Shown in pieces: positions 19,338 to 29,880 of a stretch of 47,844 nucleotides of DNA (positions are counted from its first letter, which is position 1; every line of letters starts with the position of its first letter). A model generated the notes under the pieces. That model was not told where the DNA came from and ran no database searches. It saw only the letters and a program-made list of their open reading frames with translations. Both the position numbers and the translations under genes were made by a program. The stretch is from an uncultured archaeon (GTDB taxonomy: Archaea > Asgardarchaeota > Lokiarchaeia > Sigyniarchaeales > SOKP01). The stretch covers positions 1 through 47,844 of the forward strand of contig CAZGJX010000017.1 of assembly GCA_964525635.1 (NCBI GenBank). Reading direction: 5' to 3'.

Positions 19338-21368
19338 TTAAAGTCTCTTTAAATAATTATCTATAGCACCACGCAAAGAATTCATTGCATCAATCATATT
19401 TATTTGAATTTTATCCCAATTTTGTTTATTCTTTAAACCCCCATCAGAAAGTTTGAATCTAATAAATTGATCTTCTCTATTCTCATGATAATTCCAATCC
19501 AAATCTCTTGAGAATTGCCATGCAATTTCATCAAATCTTTTCTGTATATTATCTTGATTTATCTTTAGAATATCAAATCTATTTCTATTTTGATCAATCT
19601 CATTGTGATTAAAATGAACTTCGACACCGTTCCAATCCTTATCAATCATATATCTATATTCTATACCCTCCAATTCAGTAGGTTCTGAAATCCACCATTC
19701 TTTTGTGATTTTTAAATTTGAATGTTCTGGTACGTTTATAGATAATTTTTCATTCAATGCAATCCAGAAATTAATTCTTAACATCTCAATTTTAGAAATA
19801 TTCTTATCGATTTTTAACATTCGTTTAGCTAATGAACTTTGTGGAGGGTCAACAACCATTTCTAATTTAGGGATAGGAGGATAATTCTCAATTTGTAAAA
19901 CTGTAATCTCTACAAGATAAAATAAAATATCTTCAGTAATCTTTTTATTTAACCATTTAACTGCTTCTTTATAATCTGGTAAGGCTTCTTCGCAAATCCA
20001 TATTACTATTTTAGCATTATGTTTAGCTATTTTAGAAAGTATAATTCCTAAATGATAATAATCTGTTTGTTGGAACTGGCACATTATTATTGCTTTATTT
20101 TCAAGTTCATCAAATGCTAATAGATCTAAGCTTGTACTTTCATGATTATCTTCTTCAGGTTTAAGAGAGATTTTTAATTCTTCATTAAGTACATCTATAT
20201 TTTCCTTTAACCAAGGAATTAAATCTCTTTCCAAATTCTCCCAAATCTTTTTTATTGGAACCTTAATATATTTAAGATCTTTTATCTCATCTTTATTTAC
20301 AGTTTCATATTTATTAATCTTGATATTCTTAGGTGTTTTCGATAAGATTTGATATACATCTTCTGTTTCCATAAATCTTTGTATTAATTGTAAAGCTAAC
20401 ATTTTAAAAGCTTCGTTAATGTTTTGATCCTTTTTAGCTGATGTTTCTATGTATGAAATCCCCAATTCTTTAGCCAAATCTTCTCCCTCTGAATGAGAAA
20501 CTACTCTTTTTTCTTCCAAATCTGTTTTATTTCCCGCAAGAATTAGAAAAATATCTGGTGGTGCGGATTTGATTATTTCATTATACCAATTTCTTATATT
20601 CTCAAATGATTCCCTATTTGAAACATCAAAAACGAGAATTCCTGCGCCCGACTCCGCTAAATAACTTGGTCTAATTCTTTTAAACTGTTCTTGGCCTGCT
20701 AGATCCCATATTACAAATCTTACAAGTGAATCTAATCCTTCGAATTTACATTCCTTTTTAGAAATGGATGTTCCAATTGTCGCTTTATAATTTTTCTGAA
20801 ATTTACCCTCCGTAAATCGCTTTACGATGCTAGTTTTACCAACAGCACCATCTCCACCTAAAATTAGTTTATAAACATTTTCTTTTGAATGTATTTTTAT
20901 TTTTTGTAGTGTTGATACTTTTCTTTCAATATTTTGTAAATGTTTATCAACAATTATTTTAGGAATTACAGGGCTTACAGGCTCGCCCTCAAAAATGCGC
21001 GCTATTTTCTCGGCAGCTAAATATGAATAAGCAAAATAAGGATCTATCATTGCTAAAGCATTTAAAACTGTTACAAGAATCAGTTCAGTTCCTGCTTCAC
21101 AAAAAATAAATCTGTATTTATCGGTATCAAATGTTCCCGCTCCAAATGTACCCAAATCAAAATCCTTTGTAATCTTTTTAAGTACTACTTCTACCAATGC
21201 ACCAAAAGCACCAATAAACTTTTCTTCTACTCTTTCCTCTAAATCTTTAGTAATCGTTTCTATAAGCAATCCTTCTCTATCAACAATTAAAGCTGCAATT
21301 AGATCATTTCCCATCTCATATTTATACCATTTGAGTAATGCAGCTAATCTTTTCTTGTCGAAAAACAC
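19338..21368 (-). CDS. Roadblock + Rab-like small GTPase + degenerate nuclease/DUF4268 fusion
   Basis: Roadblock LIAALIVDREGLLI; G1 GDGAVGKT, G3 WDLAGQE, G4 NKTD, G5 SAK; C-terminal IWENLERDLIPWL...TDYYHLG...IVIWI...WLN...FW. Confidence 0.85.
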   Translation of the reverse strand: MFFDKKRLAALLKWYKYEMGNDLIAALIVDREGLLIETITKDLEERVEEKFIGAFGALVEVVLKKITKDFDLGTFGAGTFDTDKYRFIFCEAGTELILVTVLNALAMIDPYFAYSYLAAEKIARIFEGEPVSPVIPKIIVDKHLQNIERKVSTLQKIKIHSKENVYKLILGGDGAVGKTSIVKRFTEGKFQKNYKATIGTSISKKECKFEGLDSLVRFVIWDLAGQEQFKRIRPSYLAESGAGILVFDVSNRESFENIRNWYNEIIKSAPPDIFLILAGNKTDLEEKRVVSHSEGEDLAKELGISYIETSAKKDQNINEAFKMLALQLIQRFMETEDVYQILSKTPKNIKINKYETVNKDEIKDLKYIKVPIKKIWENLERDLIPWLKENIDVLNEELKISLKPEEDNHESTSLDLLAFDELENKAIIMCQFQQTDYYHLGIILSKIAKHNAKIVIWICEEALPDYKEAVKWLNKKITEDILFYLVEITVLQIENYPPIPKLEMVVDPPQSSLAKRMLKIDKNISKIEMLRINFWIALNEKLSINVPEHSNLKITKEWWISEPTELEGIEYRYMIDKDWNGVEVHFNHNEIDQNRNRFDILKINQDNIQKRFDEIAWQFSRDLDWNYHENREDQFIRFKLSDGGLKNKQNWDKIQINMIDAMNSLRGAIDNYLKRL

Positions 21369-21662
21369 ACTTCTCTTAACTCTTTTATCTTAAATCATTT
21401 CATTTAAAGAAATTATATTTTATTATAGATATAATAGTTTTTGCTTTTTTCAATATTTCTAAATAAAATAGTTTTTTCTAAAAAAATAGGATGAAATATC
21501 GAATTTATTTGAATAAAGAATTATATCTCCCCCTTAAATCATATTTTGAGAAAAATAAGAATTTTCAAAAAAAAAAAGAGAATATGTCAATCTATAAATA
21601 TTAGGATTTAGTGTTATATATTTAGGATTAAGAAAAGTTATTTAATATAGTAAAAAATCTTT

Positions 21663-22079
21663 TTGATAGTAATGTTAGATATAGTTATTTTACAACATAT
21701 ACACACGGGGATAAATCTCGTAGAATACCGTCATGAAGAAACAAATTTAAATCCAAAACATTCGAGTGTTTTTAGTGCATTTCTTTCTGCTATACAAGCA
21801 ATGACTAAAGAATTAGAAATTGGAAATATTAGTTTAATTTCAACTGAAGGTGACAATGAACATAATTGTATTATCGTTACAAATGAACCTGTTTGTTTAA
21901 TATTGATTGTTGACCATAATGATTCAATTAAACTATGGAAATATACCGGAAATAGAATTTTAGATGTATTTTTCAAAATCTATGGGAAAGAATTTGATCC
22001 ACATGAAATATCTGAATTTAAAGATTTTTACGTAATTTTAAAAGAAATGTGTAATGTTCATAAAGAATCTCCTTATTAA
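21663..22079 (+). CDS. Longin-like domain protein
   Basis: TGINLVEY, VFSAFLSAIQAMTKEL and a C-terminal FKDF helix. Confidence 0.65.
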   Translation: MIVMLDIVILQHIHTGINLVEYRHEETNLNPKHSSVFSAFLSAIQAMTKELEIGNISLISTEGDNEHNCIIVTNEPVCLILIVDHNDSIKLWKYTGNRILDVFFKIYGKEFDPHEISEFKDFYVILKEMCNVHKESPY

Positions 22080-22202
22080 CGTATTTTATTTATCCTATTG
22101 GATTAATAAAAAAAGATTTCTGTAAAATAAAACAAATATAATTTACTTATAATATCCATTTATTGAAAGTAAATGTTATGAAAAAGTATAAAGAAAAAAA
22201 AA

Positions 22203-23018
22203 TTAAAGTTTTGTCTTTTTTTGGAATAGCATTAGTCCTATAAAGATAAAAGTCATCGTAAAGAATATTATTATAAATATTCCACCCAATATAGTAATTG
22301 AAATAGGATCAGAACTGTATCCAATCATACTTCCACTGTATAATTTATCAGAGAAGGAATGACCTAGAACTGTTGATTGGAGATAAACCTGCTTGACCCA
22401 AAATTGTGGCGTAAAATATACACACGGACTTTCAAATGGAAAAAATGAACCGGATGTAAACATTAAAATCATATGTGTCATCATTCCAATCCCATTAGCC
22501 GCTTCAGGAGAGTTAGTAAAGCTTGCAATAATCAGGCCTAATCCTATCGCTCCAATCCCATAAATCATTGCAATTATATATCCAAGGAAAAACATAGTTG
22601 GTTCAAAATATGCTCCTAAAATCCCATACCCAAATCCAAATACTAAAACTAGTTGAAGATTCATAAAAATTGTTTCAGAAAGCACTGCTCCTAAAAAGAT
22701 ATTTCCCCGACCTACAGGCATAGAATCTAAACGTTCTAAAGTTCCATTTTTTTTACTTACTGAGAACATAACTGCACTGGTCAATGTGGAGATCCCAATA
22801 GTATAAACAACAATTCCTGGAAACTCTAGATCAAACACAGTCAATCCATTTATTAACTCAGTACCATCATTGTTGCCATCATCAGTAAATACTAGCTTAT
22901 AGACGATTAACATCATAATTGGAAAAAAAATCGTCCAAAACATAGAACCATAATTCTTAAGTTTCTCTTTTACATTCTTCTTGGCAACATACCATGCTTT
23001 TGTATTAATAGAGTCCAT
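22203..23018 (-). CDS. ABC-2 type permease
   Basis: FWTIFFPI, GTLERLDSMPV and FTSGSFFP; 6 hydrophobic segments. Confidence 0.9.
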   Translation of the reverse strand: MDSINTKAWYVAKKNVKEKLKNYGSMFWTIFFPIMMLIVYKLVFTDDGNNDGTELINGLTVFDLEFPGIVVYTIGISTLTSAVMFSVSKKNGTLERLDSMPVGRGNIFLGAVLSETIFMNLQLVLVFGFGYGILGAYFEPTMFFLGYIIAMIYGIGAIGLGLIIASFTNSPEAANGIGMMTHMILMFTSGSFFPFESPCVYFTPQFWVKQVYLQSTVLGHSFSDKLYSGSMIGYSSDPISITILGGIFIIIFFTMTFIFIGLMLFQKKTKL

Positions 23019-24052
23019 TAGTCACGTAACCCCCTTCCTGTTAATTTTAGAAAAATATCCTCAAGAGTATCTTCTCGAAATTGTAATGTTTTGAATGAGT
23101 CTACGCAGTTTAAAATTTCTTCTTTAAATGTCTTTATCCCTCCAGAAAATGAAAGAACTAATTTATTATTCTCTATTTCTGTGATTTTTGTCACATTATC
23201 AATTTCTTTTAATTTTTTTTGCGCCTGAATAAGCTCTTTATTGGAAAAGAAACTGAATTCAAGAATATTTCCATTACTTGAACTATTTTTTAGTTCCTCT
23301 GAGGTTCCAAACGCAATAATTTTACCATGATCCATGATCGCAATATGATCACTAAGAACATCCGCTTCTATCATATCATGAGTAGTTAGAATAATCGTCA
23401 TTCCCGTCTTTTTAAGATCGTTAATAAAATCCCATACTAATCGTCGTCCTTGAGGATCTAATCCCGCACTTGGTTCATCAAGAAATAGTATTTGTGGATA
23501 ATGAATGAGACTCATTACAAGATTTAATCGTCGTTTCATCCCTCCAGAAAAGGATTTAGCTGCCTTTTTCCGTCCTGCAATATTCATTTTCTCTAACAGA
23601 GCTTTTGTGCGTATATTGATCTCATCGAAATCCATTCCATGCATATGAGCAACAAATTTCACGTTATCCTCTGCGGTTAGAGCTTCAAAAATAACATTTT
23701 CTTGAGGGCACACTCCTATAAGTGGTTTAATTTTCATTTTTTCTTTTATTAATCTATAATTATTAATTCTTGCATTCCCATTTGATGGTTTTAATACAGT
23801 AGTAAGCATTTTAATTGTAGTAGATTTTCCTGCACCATTAGGACCTAAAAGTGAAAATAATTCACCCTTACGTATATGCAGATTAATACCATCAACTGCT
23901 TTAAATCCACCAAATGTCTTCTCTAGACCTTGAACTTCAATAATAAATTCATCAGAATTTTTAGAATTACTGGATTGATCAGGATCTATATAAGTTTTTT
24001 GTACATCTTCTTTTATTGATGCATTCATATTTATATTCAAAATTGAATTCAA
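23018..24052 (-). CDS. ABC transporter ATP-binding protein (DrrA-like)
   Basis: Walker A GPNGAGKST, signature FSGGMKRR, LFLDEP and TTH. Confidence 0.93.
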   Translation of the reverse strand: MNSILNINMNASIKEDVQKTYIDPDQSSNSKNSDEFIIEVQGLEKTFGGFKAVDGINLHIRKGELFSLLGPNGAGKSTTIKMLTTVLKPSNGNARINNYRLIKEKMKIKPLIGVCPQENVIFEALTAEDNVKFVAHMHGMDFDEINIRTKALLEKMNIAGRKKAAKSFSGGMKRRLNLVMSLIHYPQILFLDEPSAGLDPQGRRLVWDFINDLKKTGMTIILTTHDMIEADVLSDHIAIMDHGKIIAFGTSEELKNSSSNGNILEFSFFSNKELIQAQKKLKEIDNVTKITEIENNKLVLSFSGGIKTFKEEILNCVDSFKTLQFREDTLEDIFLKLTGRGLRD

Positions 24053-24181
24053 TTAATTATTTCTGTAGACCAATATTTAATGTTAATTAGAAATTTGTTC
24101 TTCAAAAGAATTATAATTATCAAAAATATAGATTTTAAAAAGAAATAAGAAAAATATTATATTTTAAAATTCCAATATTAT

Positions 24182-24403
24182 TTATTCCCAAGCAGAATGC
24201 TTTAAGATTGCATTAGTTGGACAAATATCTTGACATGCTAAACAATCAGTGCATTCTCCAATGTTTTCGGCCATAACTTTTCCATCAATTAATACATATA
24301 CATCAACAGGACAAATATCAACACATTCTCCCGCACCTACACATTTATCAAGATCAATTTCAACCCAATGGTTTAAATCTTCCCATTTTTTTATATTCGT
24401 CAT
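24182..24403 (-). CDS. Ferredoxin
   Basis: CVGAGECVDICP and CTDCLACQDICP; the first motif has Ala in place of the second Cys, suggesting 3Fe-4S plus 4Fe-4S. Confidence 0.9.
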   Translation of the reverse strand: MTNIKKWEDLNHWVEIDLDKCVGAGECVDICPVDVYVLIDGKVMAENIGECTDCLACQDICPTNAILKHSAWE

Positions 24404-24881
24404 TTTATTAGCTTTTTTATATATTATAAATAATATATTTACATTTTATAATATTAAAAGACAATAAATTATATTAATTTAAAAAGATCATTCTTATACC
24501 CAATAAATATCCTATTACCTTAAAATTTCCTTAATTAAAAGATTATTACAAATAAAATGTATACAAAAAATTGAATTTAACGAAAATTTAATTGTTCTCT
24601 TTTAAATTTTTTTTTTGATATATTTTACTTTAAAATAGAAAGTATTATCCATAATCAAATTATTTTGAACTTATCTTTATTGTAATTAGAAAAACCTAGA
24701 ATGATTTCATTTATCTTATTTTCAATTAATAATTTATTGAAATCAATTGAGATTCTTAATAATTAAAAGTAAATAAAATAATCATATTTATTTATTAAAC
24801 GTTTTGGTTAAATCTTATTATAAATTTTAACAATAAAATTCATATTTATGAAAATCAATAGATAAATATCACGGTTTTGAG

Positions 24882-25247
24882 GTGAAAAAAATTAATTCAT
24901 GTATATGTATAGAAGCTTATGAAAAATTGAATCTAAGAAAAATAGAAGAATCAGAAAAAATAGTTATTTCACCAGAGATGTGTATGTTTGTGAATGACGA
25001 TGATTCAGGTTTTATTTTTGAATTTATATTACCAGGAGTGAAGAAGGACACGATTAAATTACTGATGAACGATAAACAGATTTTTATTAAAGGAGAATCT
25101 GAATTATTTATTTATACAAATTTTTATAGATTATCAGGCCCAGTACTGCACGATAAAGTAAAAGCAACATATGATAAAGGATTATTAAGAGTTGAAATAC
25201 CTTTTAAAGATTTAACAACAGATATGATGGATATAGAAATAAATTAA
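24882..25247 (+). CDS. Hsp20/alpha-crystallin family protein
   Basis: LPGVKKD and VKATYDKGLLRVEIP. Confidence 0.85.
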   Translation: MKKINSCICIEAYEKLNLRKIEESEKIVISPEMCMFVNDDDSGFIFEFILPGVKKDTIKLLMNDKQIFIKGESELFIYTNFYRLSGPVLHDKVKATYDKGLLRVEIPFKDLTTDMMDIEIN

Positions 25248-25339
25248 ACTAATTGAGTAAATTTTACTCTTAACTTTTTTTATTTTTTTTCCTTATTTTT
25301 CTATTAGTTAATTTCTTTATGAATATTCTATGCATTTCA

Positions 25340-27180
25340 GAATAATGTCGGAGGGTGCAAGACCGTTTTTAACGGATTATATAAGGAAGAAAATATGTTT
25401 CAAAACTATTATCTCTCTGCTTAATTTAATTATATAAAGTAGATTGATGGGCAATTAAATAAAATATTTTCCAATCGTCTAAATTATTTACCGAAAAGAT
25501 TAAATTGGTGTTTACATAATGTTTTATTATAGATCGTTAAAATGACGCATTATGATCATAATTCTATACAAAATTAAGCCCAGTATTTATCAAACTCAAT
25601 TAACGGATTTTATCGGACAGAGGAATGTTGAAAAATATGATATGAATATTCCTAAAGATTATAGAATTGCTCGAAAAAAATTCAAATGGATTCAAATACA
25701 TCCTACGTGGGGGCAGCGTAGAAAGAAAACTAAGAATTTCTCTTCCATGACACAAAAAAAGATTCAAGATTTTATTAATTGGGTTCCTAAAAAACAGGAG
25801 TATTACATTTATCGTTTTCCAAGGGTTAAAATCCCTTGTTTTGAGACTTTTGGAGTAAACACAATCTCAAAAATGGAATGGGATATGCACCGATATCTCA
25901 GATGATTTAATGGGTTCTTTGAAAACTTATTTGAATTTAATGATTTTACATATTTTCAAGACCTACAAGACATTTTAGAGGAAGAAGGAATATCTCTTAA
26001 AAACATGTTTATTGAAGATGTAATTGCGTATGAACTGCTTCGCATAAACTTGGGATTTAAAAATTACAAGGGAATTGAAAAAATGGGACGGTTTATGAGA
26101 TATCCTCCTTTATTCAGTAGAACTCACGATTATGAATTCTTTCCTAATGCCGCTGATCTCAGTTATGTACTAAAAAGAATTCCATCAGAAGCGTTATTTG
26201 AGTTTTTCCAGCTCTTAGTACAAGAATGTGTGGAACATGGAATAATTGTCCCAAGAATTCTAATTTGGGATGGTCAATTCATACGTTCTAATTGTAACAA
26301 TAATAAGCTAAAAAATAATCACGTTTACAATGATCCCGATGCGGGGTATTGCCGTCATAATGGTATTAAGAAGGGTGTAGGGTATGATCCTGGAATATTA
26401 TATGCTCATTGTTTTAATAGATGGTTCCCTATATATTTTAAGATGTTTTCGGGAAATCGGAGTGACATTCTTGCGTTTAAAGAGACCATGACGGAGTTCT
26501 TTCAAACTACTCCATACAAATGGGAGATACTCATAGCAGATTCAGGACCATATTCTCTGCAGAATCTCAAAACCATGCAGCATCGAGGATTAGTACCCAT
26601 TATTCGAGCGAGAAAGCATCTTAAAACCCATCCTATTAAGCAGTTAAAAAAGAATTTCTATTTTAATACCGACTTTATTCCAGAAGGTTGGTCAGATGAA
26701 CTTTTCCTTAAAATATATAGCTTTCGACCAATGATTGAACAAGGAAATTCCTATAATACTACCTATTATAATGCTTCTCGGATGAATACATGGGGAATGG
26801 ACGCAGCAATTAAACTTCGTTCTTTAATTTATATATTAGAACTTTTAAAAGCATTAACAGCTTATAAATTAGGACGCCCAGAGTTGATTATGAAACCTAC
26901 TGCGTTTGAGAACTCACGATATTGTAATTTTCGACTTATGCTTCCGTCTATGGCAAGAGATTCAGGATTTATTTTCTTTAATTCTAAGGAAGAACTCAAC
27001 CGACTAATTAAAAATTTGCATAGAATATAGTTCTCTCACTTAAAAATACACAAATTTATAAAAAAAAATAAAAATGATTAAAGGCAAAATTTACTCAATT
27101 AATTTTCTTTTTTCTTTTCAGTATTTAAGTTTTTATTTATTTTTCTTTTATTTTTTATGGTCAATAAGTCGACATTATTT
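25340..27180 (+). mobile_element. IS element (IS4/IS5-like DDE superfamily); transposase 25552-27030 has an in-frame TGA
   Basis: DDE motifs IWDGQF, IADSG and Y-SF-R-PMI-E. ORFs 25552-25905 and 26005-27030 share a frame. Inverted repeat AATAATGTCG (25341-25350) / CGACATTATT (27170-27179); possible decayed TSD GCATTTCA/GTATTTTA. Confidence 0.75.
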
Positions 27181-27304
27181 GTATTTTACCCGATCACTCC
27201 CTCTAATTTTTTCTCCATTGAAAGAAATGCTTTCTGTAATAAATCTTGATTTTGATATAATGTCCAAGTAATTATTCTCCCCTCTTTTTTTGATGTTTTT
27301 TAAT

Positions 27305-28656
27305 TTAAAGGAGTGTTTTATTCATTTTCCATGAGTTATAGAGAATTATCCTCGCTAACATGTCTATATAGCGTAAATTATTATGGTTCGACTTCCAACG
27401 ATTATTTATTCGATTTAAGTCGGAAAAGCCAGTTTCAATTAACCATCTTCGATGATAAAGGAGCGAAATACGGGACGCCCAAGAACAGGTATTTCCCTTA
27501 GGATTCTCAGTGATCATTATAGTAATGATTCTATGGTAAGCATCCTTTAAGGTAATCCTTCCCTTCTGAAAGGCTCTCTTAACACCTTGGAGAGTAAAAC
27601 CGCGTTTTGCTTTAATTATCACATAAACATTGGCAAAAAATCGACATTTTGCCTCAGTAGCGCTAGAAAACGTATATTTCCTAACCCGACCCCACTTTCC
27701 TTTGATATAATCTGTAATGAACTAATTGATCTTCTTATATTGCTTTGCAGGGATTAAGGTATCTCCTCCCATTCCTTTAATTTTATCTAAGAACTCAGCT
27801 CGATAGAATTCCCAATCCATCAACACGTAATTTAATTCAAAACCTAAATCAAGCAGATGATCAAGGAATTTAATGATAATTGATATTTTAGATTGACCCT
27901 TTGCTACGTGTTCTAATCCTGCGTAAAGATGAGTTTCACGAGAAAGAATCGAAAATCCCAAGTAATGACGCATCTTTTTTGTGTCCTTTTGCCGATTTGT
28001 TCCTTTAATGAATATATCATCACGTTTTCCATAATATGGATGCTCTATAAAGACAATCAAGACATTGACTTTTTTTGAGATGATATTCCATCTTACAGCG
28101 TTCATTAGTTGAGCATCCAGGCATTCTCGTAAAATACTATGAGCTCTCTGGTATCCTATCTTTCCTAAATACTTGTTAACCTCCGTTTGATGCGGTGTCG
28201 TTCGTCTTTTTCGTCCATCCGCAAATATTCTTTGTCTTCCTCTCCTACTCCCTAAGAAATACTCGTTTAGCATTTTACTGGTATCGTGAATCGACCTACC
28301 TATTATTTCAGAAAAGATGAACACCTTTAGAAAGTCGATATCGTTATATTTCCAATTTCTAGGTTTTTTATACTTCCAGATGCAAGATGTAATTGCATCA
28401 TAAAGCTTTTTAAAAAATGTCAGCATATATTCATTAGAAAGAAGTGATTTAATTCCCAAACTCAGAAATGACTTAGTAAAATTATTTTATATCAGCACAC
28501 ATAAATATTATCACTTTCTTCTATTAAACTTTATGCTAAATGATTTAAAGATGCTAAATAAAGAAAATAATACGCCATATAAATAATATCATTCTAAATT
28601 AAACTATATAAATTTACAGTTCAGCGGGATTCAGACTTTAAAATCCTTTGCTACTG
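27305..28656 (-). mobile_element. ISH3-like IS element with a pseudogenised transposase
   Basis: VLIVFIEHPYYG (first catalytic Asp appears replaced by Val), VLMDWEFY and YHRRWLIETGF. In-frame TAG at 27722-27724 joins the two ORFs. A putative end CAGTAGCAAAGG starts at 28656 on the minus strand; the other end was not found. Confidence 0.7.
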
Positions 28657-28877
28657 TTTCTTTTTTTTATTAGTTTAATACATGAAAAAATTAAATTTTA
28701 AAAAACAAAAGAGAAATCTACTTAATTTTAGAGAAATATTAATTTTTATAAAATCTCAATGAACTCTAGGAACAAAAATATTCTCTTTTGAAATTTATAT
28801 TTATTATTCAATAAATTAAAATTTTTTAATTCATTGACCTATGCAATTTGTTTTAAAAAAAATAAAATTGAATTGAA

Positions 28878-29867
28878 ATGTTAACTAAAGAAGAAATTCA
28901 AGACGCTCTGAAGGAAAACTGTATTAACCTTCGCTTCCATGCTAGAGGGGGACAAGGGGGAGTAACGGCCTCAAACCTATGTGTCGAAGCTTTTCATGGA
29001 TATGGTGTTTGTCAACCTAGATTTGGTGCTGAAAGAATGGGTAGTCCAACAGAGAGTTATGTAAGGCTAAGTTATAATGATGATTTAGTACGTAATAATG
29101 AGCAAGTTTATGGTCCTCATGCTGTTTCCGTATTGGATTCGTCTCTTCTTGGTGAAATTGATGTAACTGCTGGATTAGCTCCAGGGGGATGGTTAATAGT
29201 TAATACAACAATGGATCAAATATCATTACAAGAAATAGTAGGTAGAGATGATATTAACATTGCTACGATTGATGCATTAAATATTGCTATGGAGATACTA
29301 GGAAGAAATATTACCAATACGATAATTTTGGGCGCTTTAATTCGAGTGCTTCCTATGTTTACTATGGATGCTTTAGCTGATGCAATTATGATGAGATTTA
29401 AAGGTTCAATCGCAGGTAAAAATGTAGAAGCAATAAAAAGAGCTATTGATGATACATGTGTTTATGAAAACTCTAATGCTCCTAAGATAGATTTCTCAAA
29501 AGATACCAAAATTCAATGGCAACAAGTATCTCTTGGTTTACCTGGATATAAGGAATTAGATAAAGCGGGAGTATGGTATTGTGATGAGACTGTTATTGAA
29601 ATGGGAAGTAAATTAGTCAATACAGGTTCATGGGGTGAATGGGATATGATTTGGAATAAAGATACATGTACAGATTGTGCACAATGTTGGTATATATGCC
29701 CTGATTTTGCCATATTGAGAGAAAAAGGTGATGATGGATTATGGCATATGGTAGGAATCGATCAATATCATTGCAAATCATGTCTAAATTGTCTTGAAGT
29801 TTGCCCTGTTAAAGCAATTTCAAAAGAATTAAAACAAGGACCGGCCTCATGTGCCGCTCCACAATAG
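28878..29867 (+). CDS. porCD: Pyruvate/2-ketoisovalerate:ferredoxin oxidoreductase gamma-delta fusion
   Basis: Gamma motifs RFHARGGQGGVT and FGAERMGSP; delta motif NTGSW with CTDCAQCWYICP and CKSCLNCLEVCP. Confidence 0.9.
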   Translation: MLTKEEIQDALKENCINLRFHARGGQGGVTASNLCVEAFHGYGVCQPRFGAERMGSPTESYVRLSYNDDLVRNNEQVYGPHAVSVLDSSLLGEIDVTAGLAPGGWLIVNTTMDQISLQEIVGRDDINIATIDALNIAMEILGRNITNTIILGALIRVLPMFTMDALADAIMMRFKGSIAGKNVEAIKRAIDDTCVYENSNAPKIDFSKDTKIQWQQVSLGLPGYKELDKAGVWYCDETVIEMGSKLVNTGSWGEWDMIWNKDTCTDCAQCWYICPDFAILREKGDDGLWHMVGIDQYHCKSCLNCLEVCPVKAISKELKQGPASCAAPQ

Positions 29868-29880
29868 AAGAGGTAAAAAA

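Noticed and set aside
25903-25905. In-frame TGA codons (transposase, yjbQ) as selenocysteine or a TGA=Trp genetic code
   Set aside because: The yjbQ position is a Trp, not a Cys; no SECIS was recognised; TGA terminates normal genes here (lpdA, 37803-38612) and TGG is used for Trp throughout
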